Translations under genes and position numbers: made by a program
In this document: positions 61,107-64,000 of the stretch, in pieces
How positions within the stretch are numbered: position 1 is the stretch's first letter
Layout of the letters: every line of letters starts with the position of its first letter
Source: Candidatus Cloacimonadota bacterium
GTDB taxonomy: Bacteria; Cloacimonadota; Cloacimonadia; G963667145
NCBI GenBank assembly: GCA_963667255.1
Contig: OY762940.1
Span: forward strand, 224,001-288,000
Direction of reading: 5' to 3'
DNA: 64,000 bases
Notes under the pieces: generated by a model
Databases searched by the model: none
What the model saw: the letters and a program-made list of their open reading frames with translations, nothing else
What the model was told of the DNA's origin: nothing

Positions 61107-62362
61107 TTCTTTTCTTTTTCTTTCTTTTTTAGATTTTCCCACCAATCCAGTCTCTTTTTAATCTCGCTTTCAAAACCAAATTTTGAAGGAATATAATATT
61201 TTTTTTCTTTCATCTCATCAGGAAAATATCTCTGATAAGCATAAGCATTGGGGAAATCGTGAGCATACTTGTAGCCATCGTTATATCCCAAATCTTTCAT
61301 CAATTTTGTCGGTGCATTGCGAATATGAAAAGGCACTTTTTTTTCTTTAGTCGCATTCGCATCAGCCTCCGCCTGTAGCCAAGCAATTTCAATCTTGTTG
61401 CTTTTGGGAGCAGTCGCCAAATAAATCACCGCTTGAGCCAAACAAAGACTCGCCTCTGGCATTCCCACACAATCTAAAGCCCGCTGAGCACTCACCGCTT
61501 GCACCATAGCCTGTGGGTCAGCAAGCCCAATGTCCTCACTGGCAATCCTTATCATCCTCCGAGCGATAAACTTCGGGTCTTCTCCGCCTTGCAACATCCG
61601 AGCAAGCCAATACAAAGCCGCCTGCGGGTCGCTGCCTCTCACCGATTTGTGAAAAGCAGAAATCAAATTGTAATGCTCCTGCCCATTTTTGTCGTAAGTC
61701 GCTACTTTGGACTGCAAAATCTTTTTGGAGCTCTCAAGGTCAATCTTTTTAACAGTGCTGTTCAAAAGCAATTCCATATCTCGCAAAGCAACTCTAGCAT
61801 CGCCCTCACTAATTTTTGCAAGATACCGCAAAACCTCTTCTTCAATGTTTTTGCCATCTAAATCAACTTTGCAGGTAATCTCAAAAATTTCATTCTCGCT
61901 CAAACTTTCCAGCACAAAAAGATGGCATCTTGAAAGCAGAGCGGAAATCACTTCAAAAGATGGGTTTTCGGTAGTCGCCCCAATTAAAATTATCGCTCCA
62001 GACTCAATATATGGCAAAAAAGCGTCCTGTTGAGCTTTGTTAAAGCGGTGAATTTCGTCAATAAAAATAACCGTCGCTTGCCCGTTCAGCTCAAAAAGTT
62101 TCTCCGCTTCCAACATAAAAGCCTTAATCTGTGTGATGCTGGAATGCACGGCGGAAAATTGCCTCCAAGGAAGCTGGCAATTTTGCAAAACAATTTTGGC
62201 AATCGTGGTTTTTCCGCAACCGGGCGGTCCCCACATAATGAATGACGACAGATATTTGCCTGCCATAAAATCGCCAAGAACAGGGGAGTCTTGCAAAAGT
62301 TTTTTTTGCCCAACTATCTCGCCTGGCTTAGTCGGTCGTTGCTGCTCGGAAAGTGGTATCAT
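61103..62362 (-). CDS. rarA: Replication-associated recombination protein A (MgsA)
   Basis: WGPPGCGKTT, DEIHRFNKAQQD, ATTENPSF, SAFHKSVRGSD. Confidence 0.96.
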   Translation of the reverse strand: MIPLSEQQRPTKPGEIVGQKKLLQDSPVLGDFMAGKYLSSFIMWGPPGCGKTTIAKIVLQNCQLPWRQFSAVHSSITQIKAFMLEAEKLFELNGQATVIFIDEIHRFNKAQQDAFLPYIESGAIILIGATTENPSFEVISALLSRCHLFVLESLSENEIFEITCKVDLDGKNIEEEVLRYLAKISEGDARVALRDMELLLNSTVKKIDLESSKKILQSKVATYDKNGQEHYNLISAFHKSVRGSDPQAALYWLARMLQGGEDPKFIARRMIRIASEDIGLADPQAMVQAVSAQRALDCVGMPEASLCLAQAVIYLATAPKSNKIEIAWLQAEADANATKEKKVPFHIRNAPTKLMKDLGYNDGYKYAHDFPNAYAYQRYFPDEMKEKKYYIPSKFGFESEIKKRLDWWENLKKKEKEKK

Positions 62363-62763
62363 TCAGGTTTGGCAACACTTATGTCGATATTGTCCAGATA
62401 ATCTATACCGCTCTGGGTTATCCTGCGACGGAAATAAGTCAACTCACTGGAGTCACACGGCAATCGCCAATCAAAATATTCCATACCGCTAAAATATTGG
62501 TAAAAAGGATTTTCGCTCCAACGATTGACCACCACCTCATCGGAAATATCGTAAACTCTCTTAAGAATAAGCAGAGAGGACAGCAATTTGATCGGCTTGG
62601 AGCCTCTGCCTAAATCGGAATAGTAAGGCTCGAACTCCTTGTCAATCGCCTCCCAGTCTATCTGCCGAGCAAGTTTGCACAAAGGATGGCTCTTATCAAG
62701 CATCTCAAATAAAAACGGTCTGAAAATGTCTATTTGCTTTGTATCAGGAGACTTATGACGCAT
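62359..62763 (-). CDS. IS5-family transposase N-terminal (InsH-N/DUF772-like) domain only; no DDE domain
   Basis: HPL.KLA.QIDW, GR...PI, LK...ISDE.V...W.ENP.YQYFSG, PCD.S.LT.FR.RI; ends at 134 aa. Confidence 0.8.
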   Translation of the reverse strand: MRHKSPDTKQIDIFRPFLFEMLDKSHPLCKLARQIDWEAIDKEFEPYYSDLGRGSKPIKLLSSLLILKRVYDISDEVVVNRWSENPFYQYFSGMEYFDWRLPCDSSELTYFRRRITQSGIDYLDNIDISVAKPE

Positions 62764-63031
62764 CTGCCCACCTCGCTTTCTATGTGAATATTTTTATGAA
62801 AAAAATTAGCAATGGTTAAAATGTCAAGAATTTTAAAATATCACAAATTCAGAAAAAAGAAGTTGACGGGAAATGGCAAAAAATTTCTGATTGGGGTTGT
62901 GAGCAAATAAGAATTAAAGAAAAGCTAATGAGAATAAAAGAACTTGTAGCTTAATTATAATTCTTGAGATACTAAATATAGTAGTGTAATTGGGAATCGT
63001 ATGCAAGCAAAAAAGATAGTAGCCCTATCAA

Positions 63032-63655
63032 ATGACAAATTTAAACAAAAAATATCTGTTTAGGATGACGCATATTGAAAATATTCCACATATCCTTCAA
63101 TATGGAATTACTCATTCATCGTCAAATAATGCCAACCCAAATTTCAAACCAATTGGAGACAATAGTTTAATTTCAACTCGCAATGACTTTACATTAAATA
63201 ATGGGAAACATTTAGGAGAATACATCCCATTCTATTTTGGAGCAAGAATGCCAATGCTATATGTAATTCAACACGGATTTAATATGGTATCACCAACAAA
63301 TGCAGAAGAAATCATATACTGTGTTAGTTCTATTCAAAAAATAATAGATTTACAATTAGAGTTTATATTCACAGATGGTCATGCTGTTGATGGATTTTCA
63401 TCTCAATATACAATAAAAGACATAGAAAATATTGAGAAAATTATTGATTGGAAATCTGTTAATGCAAAATATTGGAAAGATGAAAACGATTTAGACCTAA
63501 AACGCAGAAAAGAAGCAGAATTTTTAATTTTAGGAGATGTTTCAATGGATGCAATTTTAGGATACATTGTATCAAATGAAAATGCAAAGCATAGATTAAT
63601 TGATTTTGGCATAAATGAGAATAATATCCTTATTAAACCAAATTATTATTTTTAA
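63032..63655 (+). CDS. darT: DNA ADP-ribosyltransferase toxin DarT (DUF4433)
   Basis: RMTHIENIPHIL..GI, YIPFYFG.R.PMLY, FTDGHA, RRKEAEFL. Confidence 0.92.
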   Translation: MTNLNKKYLFRMTHIENIPHILQYGITHSSSNNANPNFKPIGDNSLISTRNDFTLNNGKHLGEYIPFYFGARMPMLYVIQHGFNMVSPTNAEEIIYCVSSIQKIIDLQLEFIFTDGHAVDGFSSQYTIKDIENIEKIIDWKSVNAKYWKDENDLDLKRRKEAEFLILGDVSMDAILGYIVSNENAKHRLIDFGINENNILIKPNYYF

Positions 63656-63657
63656 AT

Positions 63658-64000
63658 ATGATACATTATATAAAAGGCAATTTGTTTGAAAGTGAAGCTG
63701 AAGCTTTAGTTAACACTGTTAACACTGTAGGTGTAATGGGGAAAGGAATAGCCTTGCAGTTTAAAAATATGTTTCCTAGTAACTTCAAAATTTATTCTAA
63801 TGCTTGTAAGAATAAAGAGTTAAAAGTTGGACAGCTTTTAGTTACAGAAGAAGCAACATTATTAGCAGGAGAAAAAATTATAATAAACTTTCCCACAAAA
63901 ACAAATTGGCGATTACCTTCGGAATATAAATATATCGAAGATGGTTTAGTAAAATTAACAACTGTTATAAAAGAAAAGAATATAAAGTCTATTGCTATTC
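63658..64000 (+). CDS. darG: Macrodomain antitoxin DarG (partial; runs off the window edge)
   Basis: Manual translation: MIHYIKGNLFESEAEALVNTVNTVGVMGKGIALQFK...IINFPTKTNWRLPSEY. Confidence 0.92.
   Translation, partial: MIHYIKGNLFESEAEALVNTVNTVGVMGKGIALQFKNMFPSNFKIYSNACKNKELKVGQLLVTEEATLLAGEKIIINFPTKTNWRLPSEYKYIEDGLVKLTTVIKEKNIKSIAI

Overview
Bacterial chromosome segment from a diderm, probably anaerobic organism. A Cloacimonadota/FCB-like lineage is a guess from gene content only. The backbone is housekeeping: nucleoside/purine salvage and catabolism (mtaD-like deaminase, class II aldolase, ygfK, codA-like, pdp, nucleoside ABC + 5'-nucleotidase + BMP, ygeW), a complete trp operon with a PhzE-like fused TrpE(G), Mo/W ABC, mltA, nadK, typA and rarA. 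AT-rich accessory inserts punctuate it. (1) The best candidate for an undescribed system is a minus-strand module at ~16.85-19.0 kb: a radical SAM/SPASM gene split by an A9 tract, an unannotated 8-codon ORF MCCKIWKD with a perfect Shine-Dalgarno and a 3' hairpin, a graspetide-type ATP-grasp ligase, and then an integron attC-like site. This looks like a cassette-borne RiPP pathway with an ultra-short precursor. (2) A restriction-modification island with a controller, two MTases and a nuclease, bounded by complementary cassette-like core sites. (3) A putative ADP-ribosyltransferase toxin with a small partner gene. (4) A glycosylation module. (5) darTG at the right edge. There is also a 1614-aa modular surface lipoprotein with kb-scale internal duplications and DUF285 repeats. 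I saw no CRISPR array, tRNA, rRNA, integrase or reverse transcriptase.
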